Source: a virus
Lineage: Duplodnaviria; Caudoviricetes
IMG/VR virus record: IMGVR_UViG_3300032334_001433
Location: 96,001-160,000 of that record
Strand: one strand, 5' to 3'
DNA: 64,000 bases
Shown in pieces: positions 1 through 10,450 of this stretch. Under the pieces are notes generated by a model. The model searched no databases, was not told the origin of the DNA, and saw only the letters and a program-made list of their open reading frames with translations. The first letter of the stretch is position 1. Every line of letters begins with the position of its first letter. A program made the position numbers and the translations under genes.

Positions 1-1
1 A

Positions 2-1126
2 AGTTCTCCAGGATCATTCTCACAATCAAGATTTTGGTCAGGGTCTGCATGGTCTCCGGTATCAGCATATATTAATGGTGGATTATTAGTTAGCGGAACT
101 ATTGGTGCAGATGCAATTGCAACAAATGCAGTAACTGCAAATAAGATTTTAGCAGGAGCAATTACTGCAGATAAAATTAATGTTGGATCGTTATCTGCAT
201 TATCTGCAAATATTGGTGTTATTACTACAGGTAAAATACAAGGGGACGTAGTATTCAGTGGTAATATTTACGGAGCCAACGGTACATTTAGTGGCTCATT
301 AACCGCCGCCGCAATTAATGCGGTAGATACTGTCAATATTACAAATAGTGCGGTTACTTCAGTATTATCTGTAAAACTTAATACTCCTTTTGTATTAAAT
401 GGTTATGCTGCAGGCGGAGGCTCAATTAATCCTGGAGGAGCTATATTTAAAATAGATGTACTTACTACAGGATGGGTTAAGATTCCAAATCAATCATCGG
501 TTACTATGTTCTTTACTATGAATAGTTATGGTCAAGATACATGGCAATATTTGTCTCCTTCAATTACTCCAGAAGTACGCAGAGAAACACAATATTATAG
601 AATAAGAGCAACTTATGGCGGAAACGGGGCATCTCCTTCTGCTGCCGTAATTGCTAATCCATGGTCGTCATATACTACGCCTGTAGATCAACCATTTAGA
701 ATAGTAGATAGATTTACTCCTCCAAGTGATGCAATAAAAGTAAATCAAACAACATTAGGGGATGGCGCATCTGGTTCATTGACTGCTCCTGGATGGTATC
801 AATTTGTTGTTGATATGATTGTATTGCCAGGCCCAGGATCTCTAGATGAGCAATCATTTGTATATGCACACGGAGGAGACATATCAATTGTAGGTACAAC
901 TGATGCAGTTACTGCAATTTCAAATAACCAATGGACAGATAGATATGGATTATCCGGAGGCGGTCCGTCAACAACATATAATTATAATAATCCAAATGAT
1001 GTTTGGGGGTACGGAGTATTTTTAGTTTCTAATAGACCAATTTATAATGCTTGGTATACAGGTTTCCCTTATTTGTACCATAGATTTAGTTCAGGATCAT
1101 TAACAGTTATTATAGCAAAAAAATAA
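2..1126 (+). CDS. Tail fibre / host-specificity protein, C-terminal part (5' truncated by window edge)
   Basis: Frame of the 506..1126 ORF stays open back to base 2 (SSPGSFSQSRFWSGSAWSPVSAYINGGLLVSGTIGADAIATNAVTANKILAGAITADKINVGSLSALSANIG...). AVTANKI/AITADKI repeats are typical of tail-fibre/J-like proteins. Followed by a fibre chaperone. Confidence 0.75.
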   Translation, partial: SSPGSFSQSRFWSGSAWSPVSAYINGGLLVSGTIGADAIATNAVTANKILAGAITADKINVGSLSALSANIGVITTGKIQGDVVFSGNIYGANGTFSGSLTAAAINAVDTVNITNSAVTSVLSVKLNTPFVLNGYAAGGGSINPGGAIFKIDVLTTGWVKIPNQSSVTMFFTMNSYGQDTWQYLSPSITPEVRRETQYYRIRATYGGNGASPSAAVIANPWSSYTTPVDQPFRIVDRFTPPSDAIKVNQTTLGDGASGSLTAPGWYQFVVDMIVLPGPGSLDEQSFVYAHGGDISIVGTTDAVTAISNNQWTDRYGLSGGGPSTTYNYNNPNDVWGYGVFLVSNRPIYNAWYTGFPYLYHRFSSGSLTVIIAKK

Positions 1127-1127
1127 A

Positions 1128-1577
1128 ATGGCAAATATTACTTATCACAAATTTGACGAGAATGGTCAATATACGCATTCTTTTTCTTCACCTGAAGAAA
1201 ACTTAGAATTTGAAGATCTTACTAAAATTTATGTAGGAACATTTGATGATAGCAATAAAAATGTAAACGATTATTATCATGATTTTAATACAAATTCTCC
1301 AGTATTAAAACCGGAAAATCCAAATCCTTTAGAATATAAAGAGTTTGATTATGTTACAAAACAATGGAAAATTCTAGAAAATAATATAACTACAGAGTTA
1401 AAATGGCAAGACGTAAGATCCGCTAGAACATTTTTAATAGCAAAAACAGATTGGACTCAATTGCCAGATGTACCACTTGCAACTAAAGAAGCTTGGGCAA
1501 CATATCGTCAGGCACTAAGAGATATTACTTCACAATCAGATCCGTTCAATATAACTTGGCCAACAAAGCCGGAATAA
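1128..1577 (+). CDS. Tail fibre assembly chaperone
   Basis: C-terminal W-x-x-V-R-x-x-R...TDWTQLPDVP...WATYRQALRDIT...ITWPTKP signature; directly after the fibre gene. Confidence 0.85.
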   Translation: MANITYHKFDENGQYTHSFSSPEENLEFEDLTKIYVGTFDDSNKNVNDYYHDFNTNSPVLKPENPNPLEYKEFDYVTKQWKILENNITTELKWQDVRSARTFLIAKTDWTQLPDVPLATKEAWATYRQALRDITSQSDPFNITWPTKPE

Positions 1578-1578
1578 A

Positions 1579-1908
1579 ATGGCAGCAACAAAAAATTTAG
1601 TAATAGATCAAGGCGCAACTTTTTCTGCCAATATTCAATATTTGGATAATAGCAAAAATCCGATATCCCTTGCTGGATATGACATAAATAGTCAAATGCG
1701 AAGATCATACTATAGTGCAAATGCAGTTTCATTTACTGCAAATATTACAAATGCATCTACGGGAAATATTAATATAGCATTGGATTCAACACAAACTGCA
1801 AATCTTATTGCAGGAAGATATGTTTATGATGTTGAGGCTAATATAGGTTCTACAGTATTGAGAATCGTTGAAGGCATAATCACAGTAACTCCAGGAGTAA
1901 CAAGATAA
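1579..1908 (+). CDS. Conserved virion-associated protein upstream of gp13
   Basis: NLVIDQGATF...GRYVYDVE...RIVEGIITVTPGVT pattern typical of the small gene before neck genes in T4-like aquatic phages. Confidence 0.6.
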   Translation: MAATKNLVIDQGATFSANIQYLDNSKNPISLAGYDINSQMRRSYYSANAVSFTANITNASTGNINIALDSTQTANLIAGRYVYDVEANIGSTVLRIVEGIITVTPGVTR

Positions 1909-2651
1909 TGGCAACAGTAACATCCAGACAAGGTCTTAAAGAATACTGTCTACGTAGACTTGGTTCTCCTGTAATCGAAATAAACGTAGATGACGATCAA
2001 GTTGAAGATCGTTTAGATGATGCGTTTCAATTCTACAGAGAATATCACTATGATGCTGTAGAAAAAGTTTACCTTAAGCACCAAATAACAGCAAACAATA
2101 TTTCAAATCAATACATTGAAGTATCGGATGCAGTTGTTGGGGTTGAGAGAGTATTTCCGTTTATGAATAAATCTACAGGTACAAATATCTTTGATATTAA
2201 GTACCAGATTTTAATTAATGATTTGTATACATTGATGTCTACAGATTTGATCTATTATACAGAAGTAAGACAAGAATTAGAATTAATTAACCAATTGTTA
2301 GTTGGTCAAAAACCAATTCGATTTAACCGTCACATGAATAGATTATTCATTGATATGGATTGGGCAGCTGACGTGGTTCCTGGAACATATGTAATTGTAG
2401 AATGCTGGAGAATATTAGATCCGGATGTATTTACGGATGTTTATAATGATATGTTTCTTAAGAGATATGCAACTGCCCTAATCAAAAGACAATGGGGAGA
2501 TAATATGAAGAAATTCTCAGGTGTACAACTTCCTGGAGGTGTAACACTTAATGGAGAGATAGTGTATCAAGAGGCAGTGGAAGAAATAAGACAAATTGAA
2601 ACAGAAATACAATCTAGATTTGAATTGCCTGTAGATATGTTTGTTGGATAA
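1908..2651 (+). CDS. gp13: Neck protein gp13
   Basis: LKEYCLRRLGSPVIEINVDDDQVEDR and QWGDNMKKFSGVQLPGGVTLNG motifs; position before gp14/gp15. Confidence 0.92.
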   Translation: MATVTSRQGLKEYCLRRLGSPVIEINVDDDQVEDRLDDAFQFYREYHYDAVEKVYLKHQITANNISNQYIEVSDAVVGVERVFPFMNKSTGTNIFDIKYQILINDLYTLMSTDLIYYTEVRQELELINQLLVGQKPIRFNRHMNRLFIDMDWAADVVPGTYVIVECWRILDPDVFTDVYNDMFLKRYATALIKRQWGDNMKKFSGVQLPGGVTLNGEIVYQEAVEEIRQIETEIQSRFELPVDMFVG

Positions 2652-2678
2652 TATTCTTATCACCTAGGCTCATAGAAG

Positions 2679-2707
2679 ATAATAACATCGTGTCAATAGA
2701 TTGTCAA
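2679..2707 (-). promoter_or_regulatory. Sigma70-like promoter on minus strand, antisense to gp13
   Basis: Reverse complement reads TTGACA-17 nt-TATTAT with TGn before the -10; lies in the gp13/gp14 gap, which holds a tandem TGTCAATAGA repeat (2691-2700, 2702-2711). Confidence 0.5.
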
Positions 2708-2721
2708 TAGAATAATATAAA

Positions 2722-3471
2722 ATGGCAACCGTAAACCCATACTTTCATTCCGGCGTACCAATGGGTAGGCAATCGGAGCAAAATCTCTATGAGGATTTGG
2801 TAATCGAATGCTTAAAGATTTATGGTTTCGAATTATACTATTTGCCTAGAAAAACGTTTAATGAGGATCGCATTTTAGGCGAAGATCCGTTAAACAATTA
2901 TGAACATGCTTACCCAATTGAGATGTATTTGGAAAATTCTAATGGGTTTGAAGGCCCCGGAGATTTCTTATCTAAATTTGGTGTGCAGACAGTACAAGAT
3001 GCAACATTTATAGTTTCAAGAAAACGTTGGACACAAGTTGCGGGAAATACTGGTAATACTATTCTGCCTAGACCAGCAGAGGGAGATTTAATCTATTTCC
3101 CATTAACACATTCATATTTTGAAATTCGCAAAGTTGAAGGAAGTCAGCCTTTCTATCAGGTTGGTAAGTTATACATATATAAATTATTCTGTGAATTAAT
3201 GCAATTCTCCAGCGAAGTTATTAAAACCGGAGTTTCTGAGATTGATACCTATCCGGATATTATTAATGAAGACGTCCAGAATTTTGAGATAACTCAAGAA
3301 GATGGTAGTGAGTTATTATTTGAATACAACACGGAAAGTCCAATAATTCAAGAATCATATTCTACATTGCACTCGGATGATGGAGCTGCTAGAAATGAGG
3401 ATTTTGATACTAATATTACTGACATATTAGATTTTAGCGAAAAGAATCCTTTTGGAGAGGTTTTTAGATAA
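2722..3471 (+). CDS. gp14: Neck protein gp14
   Basis: EQNLYEDLVIECLKIYG, FLSKFG, RPAEGDLIYFP, FYQVGK motifs; synteny. Confidence 0.92.
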   Translation: MATVNPYFHSGVPMGRQSEQNLYEDLVIECLKIYGFELYYLPRKTFNEDRILGEDPLNNYEHAYPIEMYLENSNGFEGPGDFLSKFGVQTVQDATFIVSRKRWTQVAGNTGNTILPRPAEGDLIYFPLTHSYFEIRKVEGSQPFYQVGKLYIYKLFCELMQFSSEVIKTGVSEIDTYPDIINEDVQNFEITQEDGSELLFEYNTESPIIQESYSTLHSDDGAARNEDFDTNITDILDFSEKNPFGEVFR

Positions 3472-4223
3472 TGTTAGATCAAAGATTTTATTGGGGAACT
3501 ATACGAAAAGCTATTATTGCTTTTGGTAATATGTTCAATAGTATTACTATTGAGCGCCGAGATGCTGATGGAAACATAGTACAAGTATTAAAGGTGCCTG
3601 TTTCTTATGCCTCAAAACAAAAGGCATTGGCAAGAATTCAACAAAGACCCAATGTCGATGACATGAATGTTCAGGTGATTGTGCCTAGAATGTCTTTTGA
3701 GATGACAACTCTACAATATGATTTCAACAGAAAAATTAGTCCTATTCAACAAAATAGAGCAGTAAATTCTACATCATCTACTTTGGATTCTCAGTACGCG
3801 CCGACTCCGTATAATATTAATGTATCTCTTTTTGTGTATGTAAAAAATCAAGATGATGGTTTGCAGATAATTGAGCAAATACTTCCGTATTTTAATCCAG
3901 ATTATAATCTAACAGTAAAAGCAATTCCTCAGTTAGGGATTAAAAATGATTTACCTATACTTTTAGATAATGTTAGTTTTGAAGATACATATGAAGGTGG
4001 ATTTGAACAACAAAGAACAATTGTTTGGACTTTAAATTTTACAATGAAACTTAATTTTTATGGGCCCGTTAACAAACAAGGAATCATTAAAAAAGTTATT
4101 ACAAATACTTTTAATGATCCAGGATTGACTCAACAACAAACTAAAATCACGGTTGAGCCTTCTCCGTTAACCGCAAAACCCGGCGATGACATTGGGTTTA
4201 CAGATACCTTTGAAAACTTTTAA
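3471..4223 (+). CDS. gp15: Tail sheath stabiliser/terminator gp15
   Basis: FYWGTIRKAIIAFGNMFN, PRMSFEM, LQIIEQILPYFNP, WTLNFTMK motifs. Confidence 0.92.
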   Translation: MLDQRFYWGTIRKAIIAFGNMFNSITIERRDADGNIVQVLKVPVSYASKQKALARIQQRPNVDDMNVQVIVPRMSFEMTTLQYDFNRKISPIQQNRAVNSTSSTLDSQYAPTPYNINVSLFVYVKNQDDGLQIIEQILPYFNPDYNLTVKAIPQLGIKNDLPILLDNVSFEDTYEGGFEQQRTIVWTLNFTMKLNFYGPVNKQGIIKKVITNTFNDPGLTQQQTKITVEPSPLTAKPGDDIGFTDTFENF

Positions 4224-4654
4224 TGAAAAATATTCCTGAACTTGATAAATTATTTGATTTGCCTTTAACGGAAGCAGAAAAAACACAAGACGTACCGGCA
4301 ATTGTAAATGATTCTACACAAAGAGATTTAGATCAAGATGAAGATTATCAGCTTGCAAGAAATACTTTGCGCGGATTAATTCATAAAAGCGGAGATACAT
4401 TGGATCAAATGATAGAACTTGCAAAAAGTTCTGAGCATCCAAGAACATACGAAGTTGCTGGACAGTTAATTAAAACTGTATCCGACGTTGCAAAAGATTT
4501 ATTAGAATTGCAGAAAAAAGCAAAAGATTTGCAGCCAGGTAAAACTGAAGGACCTAGAAGTGTCACTAATAACAATGTAGTTTTTGCAGGTTCTACTGCG
4601 GAACTAATGAAGATGTTAAAAAATAATAACGACGGCAATACAATTGAGCAGTAA
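4223..4654 (+). CDS. gp16: Terminase small subunit gp16
   Basis: DYQLARNTL, EHPRTYEVAGQLIK, TNNNVVFAGSTAELMKML motifs; directly upstream of gp17. Confidence 0.9.
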   Translation: MKNIPELDKLFDLPLTEAEKTQDVPAIVNDSTQRDLDQDEDYQLARNTLRGLIHKSGDTLDQMIELAKSSEHPRTYEVAGQLIKTVSDVAKDLLELQKKAKDLQPGKTEGPRSVTNNNVVFAGSTAELMKMLKNNNDGNTIEQ

Positions 4655-6347
4655 AACAGTATCATATAACGGAAATCCTAATCTTAAACCAATTGGGATT
4701 GTAGAGTCATATACGCATGAGCAGGTAAAAGAACTTATGCGTTGTATGCAGGATCCTGTTTACTTTATAGAAACCTATTGCAAAATTGTTTCATTAGATA
4801 AGGGTCTTATTCCCTTTAAATTATATGATTGCCAAAAGGAAAAAGTTGATGTCATATTAAATAATCGTAAGGTTATTTTAATGGAAGGGCGTCAACAAGG
4901 AAAAACAATTACTTCCGCCGCTTGTATTCTTTGGTATACATTATTTCAAGAAAATAAAACAGTCGCCATCTTAGCAAATAAATCATCAGCTGCTCGAGAA
5001 GTTCTTTCAAGATACGAATTAATGTATGAAATGCTTCCTATGTGGATGCAGCAAGGAGTAAAGACTTTCAATAAGGGCGATATTGAACTTGAAAATGGGT
5101 CCAAAGTATTTACTGCTGCAACCAGCGGCTCTGGTATTCGAGGTAAATCTGTAAACTGGTTGTATATTGACGAAGCAGCAATTATTCCAAATAATGTTGC
5201 AGAAGATTTCTTCACATCTGTGTATCCAACAATTTCCGCAGGTAATACTACAAAGATTCTGTTAACTTCTACTCCGTTAGGATACAATCATTTCTGGAAG
5301 TTTTGGAATGAAGCAGAACAAGGATTGAACGGATTTACTACTCTGTTTATTCCATATAGTAGAATTCCGGGCAGAGACGAAAAATGGGCCGAAGAACAAA
5401 AAGCAATGCTTGGAGAATTAAAATTCAACCAAGAAGTATTGTGCCGATTCCTTGGGTCATCAAATACCCTAATTTCTCCAGATACTATTTCTCAAATGTC
5501 CACAAAACAATTTGTGTTCACTAAGGATGGATTGGATGTATTGGTAGAACCTATCAGGGCAAAGAAAAAAGATGATGGAACTTTTGAGGGCATAAATCAT
5601 ATCTATATGTTGGTGGCGGATACTTCGCGAGGAGTAGGAGGAGATTACTCCGCATTTACAATCTTGGATATTACGCAATATCCCTATTCTGTAGTGGCTA
5701 AATATAGAAGTAATAAGGTTAGTCCATTGATGTTTCCAAACATCATATATAAAGTAGCAAAAGATTATAATAATGCATATTGTTTAGTTGAAATTAATGA
5801 TAATGGGCAACAGGTGGCGGATTCATTGTATATGGATTTAGAATACGAAAACGTATTCTTTGTTGGTCATAATAGCAAATCTGGGCAATATTTGTCTGGC
5901 GGATTCACCCAGGGCGCTGGTCTTGGAATTAGAACCACAAAACAAGTAAAACGTCTTGGATGTACGACATTTAAGAGTTTGGTTGAGGGAAAGAAGTTAT
6001 TAATACACGATCCTGAAATAATTGAGGAAATTTCTACATTTATTGAGGTTAGGGGTACTCATAAAGCGGATGAAGGATACCATGACGATTTGGTTATGTG
6101 TTTGGTTTTGTTTTCTTGGGCAACGAACGAGCCATTCTTTAAAGATTTAACTGATACTAATTTGAGGAAAGTACTATATGAAGATCAGTTTAAACAAATT
6201 GAAGAGAATTTGACTCCATTTGGTATCATAAATACGGGGATTCCAGAAAAGGAAGCGCCTGAAATTATTGGTGACGATGTTTGGTTTTCGCAAGATCCTG
6301 CAAAAGAACTTGAAAAACTTAAAACAAAATGGATGGAAAATGTCTAG
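4644..6347 (+). CDS. gp17: Terminase large subunit gp17
   Basis: YNGNPNLK start, Walker A GRQQGKT, YIDEAA Walker B, LTSTPLG, nuclease ADTSRG and HDDLVM. Confidence 0.97.
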   Translation: MSSKTVSYNGNPNLKPIGIVESYTHEQVKELMRCMQDPVYFIETYCKIVSLDKGLIPFKLYDCQKEKVDVILNNRKVILMEGRQQGKTITSAACILWYTLFQENKTVAILANKSSAAREVLSRYELMYEMLPMWMQQGVKTFNKGDIELENGSKVFTAATSGSGIRGKSVNWLYIDEAAIIPNNVAEDFFTSVYPTISAGNTTKILLTSTPLGYNHFWKFWNEAEQGLNGFTTLFIPYSRIPGRDEKWAEEQKAMLGELKFNQEVLCRFLGSSNTLISPDTISQMSTKQFVFTKDGLDVLVEPIRAKKKDDGTFEGINHIYMLVADTSRGVGGDYSAFTILDITQYPYSVVAKYRSNKVSPLMFPNIIYKVAKDYNNAYCLVEINDNGQQVADSLYMDLEYENVFFVGHNSKSGQYLSGGFTQGAGLGIRTTKQVKRLGCTTFKSLVEGKKLLIHDPEIIEEISTFIEVRGTHKADEGYHDDLVMCLVLFSWATNEPFFKDLTDTNLRKVLYEDQFKQIEENLTPFGIINTGIPEKEAPEIIGDDVWFSQDPAKELEKLKTKWMENV

Positions 6348-6358
6348 AACGCTATACT

Positions 6359-6366
6359 TATAAATA
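6359..6366 (+). promoter_or_regulatory. T4-type late promoter (gp55-dependent)
   Basis: TATAAATA in intergenic gap upstream of gp18. Confidence 0.8.
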
Positions 6367-6416
6367 AATAGTAATCATAGTTATAAAACTATATAAAAAT
6401 CTTTAAGGAGAATAAG

Positions 6417-8144
6417 ATGGCATTTCAGCTTTCACCTGGCGTACTAGTACAAGAAAAGGATTTAACCGCAATAGTCCCTTCTGTTGCTACTTCAGCTGGC
6501 GGTTTTGCTGGCGCCTTCCAATGGGGACCTGTTGGCCTAGTTACCACTGTCGATTCTGAGAATAATTTAGTAAAATATTTCGGCGGACCTAATGATGCGA
6601 CGTATACATCTTTCTATACTGCAGCAAATTTCTTATCTTATGGTAATAATCTAAAACTTGTTCGTGTTGTAAACGAGGGAACAGCTAAAAATGCAATTGC
6701 CAATACAAGTGCAAATGCAATATTGATTAAAAATATTGATGATTATATCAGTACTAGAGCAAATGGCGGAAACGGTGTAGGAGAGTTTGCTGCGAAGTAC
6801 CCTGGAGATATAGGAAATACCTTAAAGGTTTCAATGGTTGATGGAAACACTTGGAATGCTTATAATGGATTTTCTGGAAACGCATGGGCATATCAATCCG
6901 AATTTAATTCTGCTCCTGGAACATCTACAACTACAGCTTCGCTTGGCGGATCAAACGACGAATTGCACGTTGTAATTATTGATGAAGAAGGTGTTCTAAC
7001 TGGTGTAAGAAATACTGTTTTAGAAAAATTTGCATTTGTATCCAAAGGTTCTGATGCTAAGAAAACAGACGGATCTTCAAATTATTATAAAGATGTAATT
7101 AACAATCAATCTGCGTATGTTTGGTCTATGGACCACCCATTAACTTCAGTTGCAAATACTGCAACATGGGGTACAACAGTTATTGGTAAAGCATTCGGAA
7201 ATCTTAGCACAAATGTATCAGTTTCGTTTAGCAAAGGCGTTTCTGACGAAGCAAATATTTCTGCAGGTAACGTAATTGCAGGATTTAATAACTTCTCAAA
7301 TGATGAGTTGTATGATATTAATCTAATTCCTGCAGGTCCTTGGTCAAATACAGCATCAGTTGTTTCTAATCTAGTTGCAATTGCGGAAGATAGAAAAGAT
7401 TGTGTAGTATTTGTATCACCTAGTTTTGAATCTGTTGTAAATGTTTCTCCTTCTACTCAAGCAAGCGGCGTTGTTTCTTGGAGAAATAATACATTAAATA
7501 TTAATTCTAGTTATGCTGTTATGGATTCCGGATGGAAATATCAGTATGATAGATATAACGACAAATATCGTTGGGTGCCATTAAATGGCGACATTGCTGG
7601 TCTATGTGTGAGAACTGATTCTCTAACAGATCCTTGGTTTAGCCCAGGCGGATTCTCTAGAGGTCAAATTAGAAATGTTGTTAAACTAGCATTTAATCCT
7701 TCTAAGACGGATAGGGATACATTATACAAAGCAGGTGTTAATCCTGTAGTATCCTTCCCCGGTCAAGGAACAATTCTATACGGCGACAAAACTATGTTGT
7801 CAAAACCTAGCGCATTTGATAGAATTAATGTTCGTAGATTGTTTATTGTATTGGAAAAAGCAATTGCAACTGCTGCAAAATTCCAATTATTTGAATTTAA
7901 CGATCCGTTTACAAGAGCACAATTTAGAAATCTAATAGAGCCTTTCTTAAGAGATGTTCAAGGTCGACGTGGCATTACGGATTTCAAAGTTGTTTGCGAT
8001 GACACAAACAACACCGGTGATGTAATTGATAGAAATGAATTTAGAGCAGACATATTTGTCAAGCCAGCACGTTCTATTAATTTCATATCATTGACATTTA
8101 TTGCTACAAGATCGGGCATTTCGTTTGAAGAAGTTGGCGCATAA
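6417..8144 (+). CDS. gp18: Tail sheath protein gp18
   Basis: QLSPGVLVQEKDLT start, PWFSPGG, SAFDRINVRRLF, FVKPARSINFI. Confidence 0.96.
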   Translation: MAFQLSPGVLVQEKDLTAIVPSVATSAGGFAGAFQWGPVGLVTTVDSENNLVKYFGGPNDATYTSFYTAANFLSYGNNLKLVRVVNEGTAKNAIANTSANAILIKNIDDYISTRANGGNGVGEFAAKYPGDIGNTLKVSMVDGNTWNAYNGFSGNAWAYQSEFNSAPGTSTTTASLGGSNDELHVVIIDEEGVLTGVRNTVLEKFAFVSKGSDAKKTDGSSNYYKDVINNQSAYVWSMDHPLTSVANTATWGTTVIGKAFGNLSTNVSVSFSKGVSDEANISAGNVIAGFNNFSNDELYDINLIPAGPWSNTASVVSNLVAIAEDRKDCVVFVSPSFESVVNVSPSTQASGVVSWRNNTLNINSSYAVMDSGWKYQYDRYNDKYRWVPLNGDIAGLCVRTDSLTDPWFSPGGFSRGQIRNVVKLAFNPSKTDRDTLYKAGVNPVVSFPGQGTILYGDKTMLSKPSAFDRINVRRLFIVLEKAIATAAKFQLFEFNDPFTRAQFRNLIEPFLRDVQGRRGITDFKVVCDDTNNTGDVIDRNEFRADIFVKPARSINFISLTFIATRSGISFEEVGA

Positions 8145-8159
8145 TAACGGAGAAACCAA

Positions 8160-8720
8160 ATGGCATTAGAAACGATTCCTTTTAATATAGATCAATTTAA
8201 AGCAAGATTGGGCGACGGCGGTGCCCGTCCAAATCAATTTAGAATTGACATACACTTCCCTTCGGTTGCTCAACCTGCAGGTATTCAATCTGATATATCA
8301 AGTTATTTGGTTAATATTGCAGAATTGCCTGGCCAGACAATTGGAGTTACTCCTGTTTATTACAGGGGCCGCGAAATTAAATTGGCCGGAGATAAAGTAT
8401 TTGCGCCGTTTACTTGTACTATTATTAATGACAGTGATTTTACTTTAAGAAATGCTTTAGAAAGATGGATGAATCTTATGGAAAGCAATACTGCAAAGAC
8501 TGGCGAAATGGCACCTTTGTTATATCAACAAACTATTGATGTTGTACAATTGAATAGAAAAGGCGTTGCAATTCGTCAATACAATTTAAGAGATGCATTC
8601 CCAACAGATATTTCTCCAATTGGATTAGATTTTGCGGCTAACGATCAATTATCTACATTCTCTGTGACATTCCAATATCAATCGTTTACCGTACAATCTT
8701 TGACTAGCAGCATTGTATAA
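8160..8720 (+). CDS. gp19: Tail tube protein gp19
   Basis: GGARPNQF, YRGREIKLAGD, FPTDISPIGLDF, FSVTFQYQ. Confidence 0.93.
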   Translation: MALETIPFNIDQFKARLGDGGARPNQFRIDIHFPSVAQPAGIQSDISSYLVNIAELPGQTIGVTPVYYRGREIKLAGDKVFAPFTCTIINDSDFTLRNALERWMNLMESNTAKTGEMAPLLYQQTIDVVQLNRKGVAIRQYNLRDAFPTDISPIGLDFAANDQLSTFSVTFQYQSFTVQSLTSSIV

Positions 8721-8740
8721 TTTATTTTTGGATTTAAATA

Positions 8741-10276
8741 ATGGAAATTAATATATTCGGCTATACAATTAGCCGTGATAATGATGTGAGTAAATTGGCA
8801 CGAACACAATCGTTTGTGCCACCTACTACTGAAGATGGAACCGCAACTGTACAAGGCGGCGGTTACTTCGGAACATACTTAGAAATGGATGCAACTGCGA
8901 AATCGGAGGCAGAATTAATTACCCGATATCGCGAAGCATCTATGTATGCTGATTGTTCTACAGCAATTGATGAAATTGTAACCGAGGCAATTGCAGCGGT
9001 TGAGGACGAGGCGGTTGTACAAATTAATTTAGATGCTCTTGATGTTCCTGATAACATTAAGAAGGCAATCGAAGATCAGTTTAGCATAATTGTTAGACTT
9101 CTTGGATTTAACCTAAAAGGATTTGACATATTTCGCAGATGGTATGTAGATGGTAGAATTTATTATCAAAAGATTATTGATGAGAAAAATCCTAAAAAGG
9201 GAATTATTGAGTTAAGACAAATTGACCCACGAAAAATTCGTAAGGTCAGAGAAATTAAAAAAGATAAAGATCAAAAGACGGGCATTGATCTTATTAAATC
9301 TATTGAAGAATTTTTCATCTATAATGAAAAAGGTATAAATTATCAGCCAAATTATCAAACTGCAGCGACAGGTGCAAATCAAGGTCTACGTATATCTTTG
9401 GATTCTGTTAGTTATGTGCCATCTGGGTTGAATGATTCTGAGAAGAATGTTGTTTTAAGTTATTTACATAAAGCAATCAAACCGGTGAATCAGTTAAAGA
9501 TGATGGAAGATGCGTTGGTAATCTATAGATTGTCAAGAGCCCCTGAAAGAAGAATATTTTATATTGATGTTGGTAATTTACCTAAATTAAAAGCTGAGCA
9601 ATATCTTAAGGATATTATGGCTCGCTATCGTAATAAGATTGTTTATGATTCTGCAACAGGCGAAATCAGAGATGATCGTAAATTTATGTCAATGCTTGAG
9701 GATTTTTGGTTACCTAGAAGAGAAGGCGGCCGCGGCACTGAGATTACTACATTGCCGGGCGGAGAAAATCTAGGACAAATTGACGATATTCATTATTTTC
9801 AAAATAAATTATATCAGGCATTAAATGTTCCTTTATCAAGAATGCAACCACAACAGGGTATTTCTTTTGGTAGAGCAACAGAGATTACTAGAGATGAATT
9901 AAAATTTGCAAAATTTGTTGGCAGACTTCGTAAGAAGTTTAGTCAATTATTTCATGATATATTGAAAACGCAGTTAATTTTAACTGGTGTTATTACTGAA
10001 CAAGATTGGGTTGAATTTAAAGAAGTTATCCAATTTAAATTTGCACAAGATCAATATTTTGCTGAAATGAAAGATGCGGAAAATCTTCGTAATAGAATTG
10101 ACGTATTAAATCAGATGCAACCATATGTTGGAACGTATTTTAGTAAGGAATATATAATGAGGAATGTTTTGAGAATGACCATTGAGGAAATTCAAACAAT
10201 GGAAAAACAAATGGCAGCAGAGCCTCCACCTACATTAGGTATGGATGGACAACCTTTAGAACAACCGCAGGGGTAA
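8741..10276 (+). CDS. gp20: Portal protein gp20
   Basis: RRWYVDGRIYY, LVIYRLSRAPERRIFYIDVGNLPK, EDFWLPRREGGRGTEITTLPGG. Confidence 0.97.
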   Translation: MEINIFGYTISRDNDVSKLARTQSFVPPTTEDGTATVQGGGYFGTYLEMDATAKSEAELITRYREASMYADCSTAIDEIVTEAIAAVEDEAVVQINLDALDVPDNIKKAIEDQFSIIVRLLGFNLKGFDIFRRWYVDGRIYYQKIIDEKNPKKGIIELRQIDPRKIRKVREIKKDKDQKTGIDLIKSIEEFFIYNEKGINYQPNYQTAATGANQGLRISLDSVSYVPSGLNDSEKNVVLSYLHKAIKPVNQLKMMEDALVIYRLSRAPERRIFYIDVGNLPKLKAEQYLKDIMARYRNKIVYDSATGEIRDDRKFMSMLEDFWLPRREGGRGTEITTLPGGENLGQIDDIHYFQNKLYQALNVPLSRMQPQQGISFGRATEITRDELKFAKFVGRLRKKFSQLFHDILKTQLILTGVITEQDWVEFKEVIQFKFAQDQYFAEMKDAENLRNRIDVLNQMQPYVGTYFSKEYIMRNVLRMTIEEIQTMEKQMAAEPPPTLGMDGQPLEQPQG

Positions 10277-10279
10277 ATT

Positions 10280-10450
10280 ATGGATACATCAGAAGTTATT
10301 AGACATATGGTAGACGACATTTTAGCAGACCGTTCAAATGACGCAGTTAACAGATTCAACGATGCTATAGGATTTAAGTTATCTACCGCATTGGATGATA
10401 AAAAACAAGAAATTGCTGCTAGCATAGGCAAGGAAAATGAAGAAGTTTAA
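10280..10450 (+). CDS. Small prohead core protein (gp67-like), 56 aa, missing from ORF track
   Basis: MDTSEVIRHMVDDILADRSNDAVNRFNDAIGFKLSTALDDKKQEIAASIGKENEEV; fills the gap after portal where T4-like phages have gp67. Confidence 0.7.
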   Translation: MDTSEVIRHMVDDILADRSNDAVNRFNDAIGFKLSTALDDKKQEIAASIGKENEEV

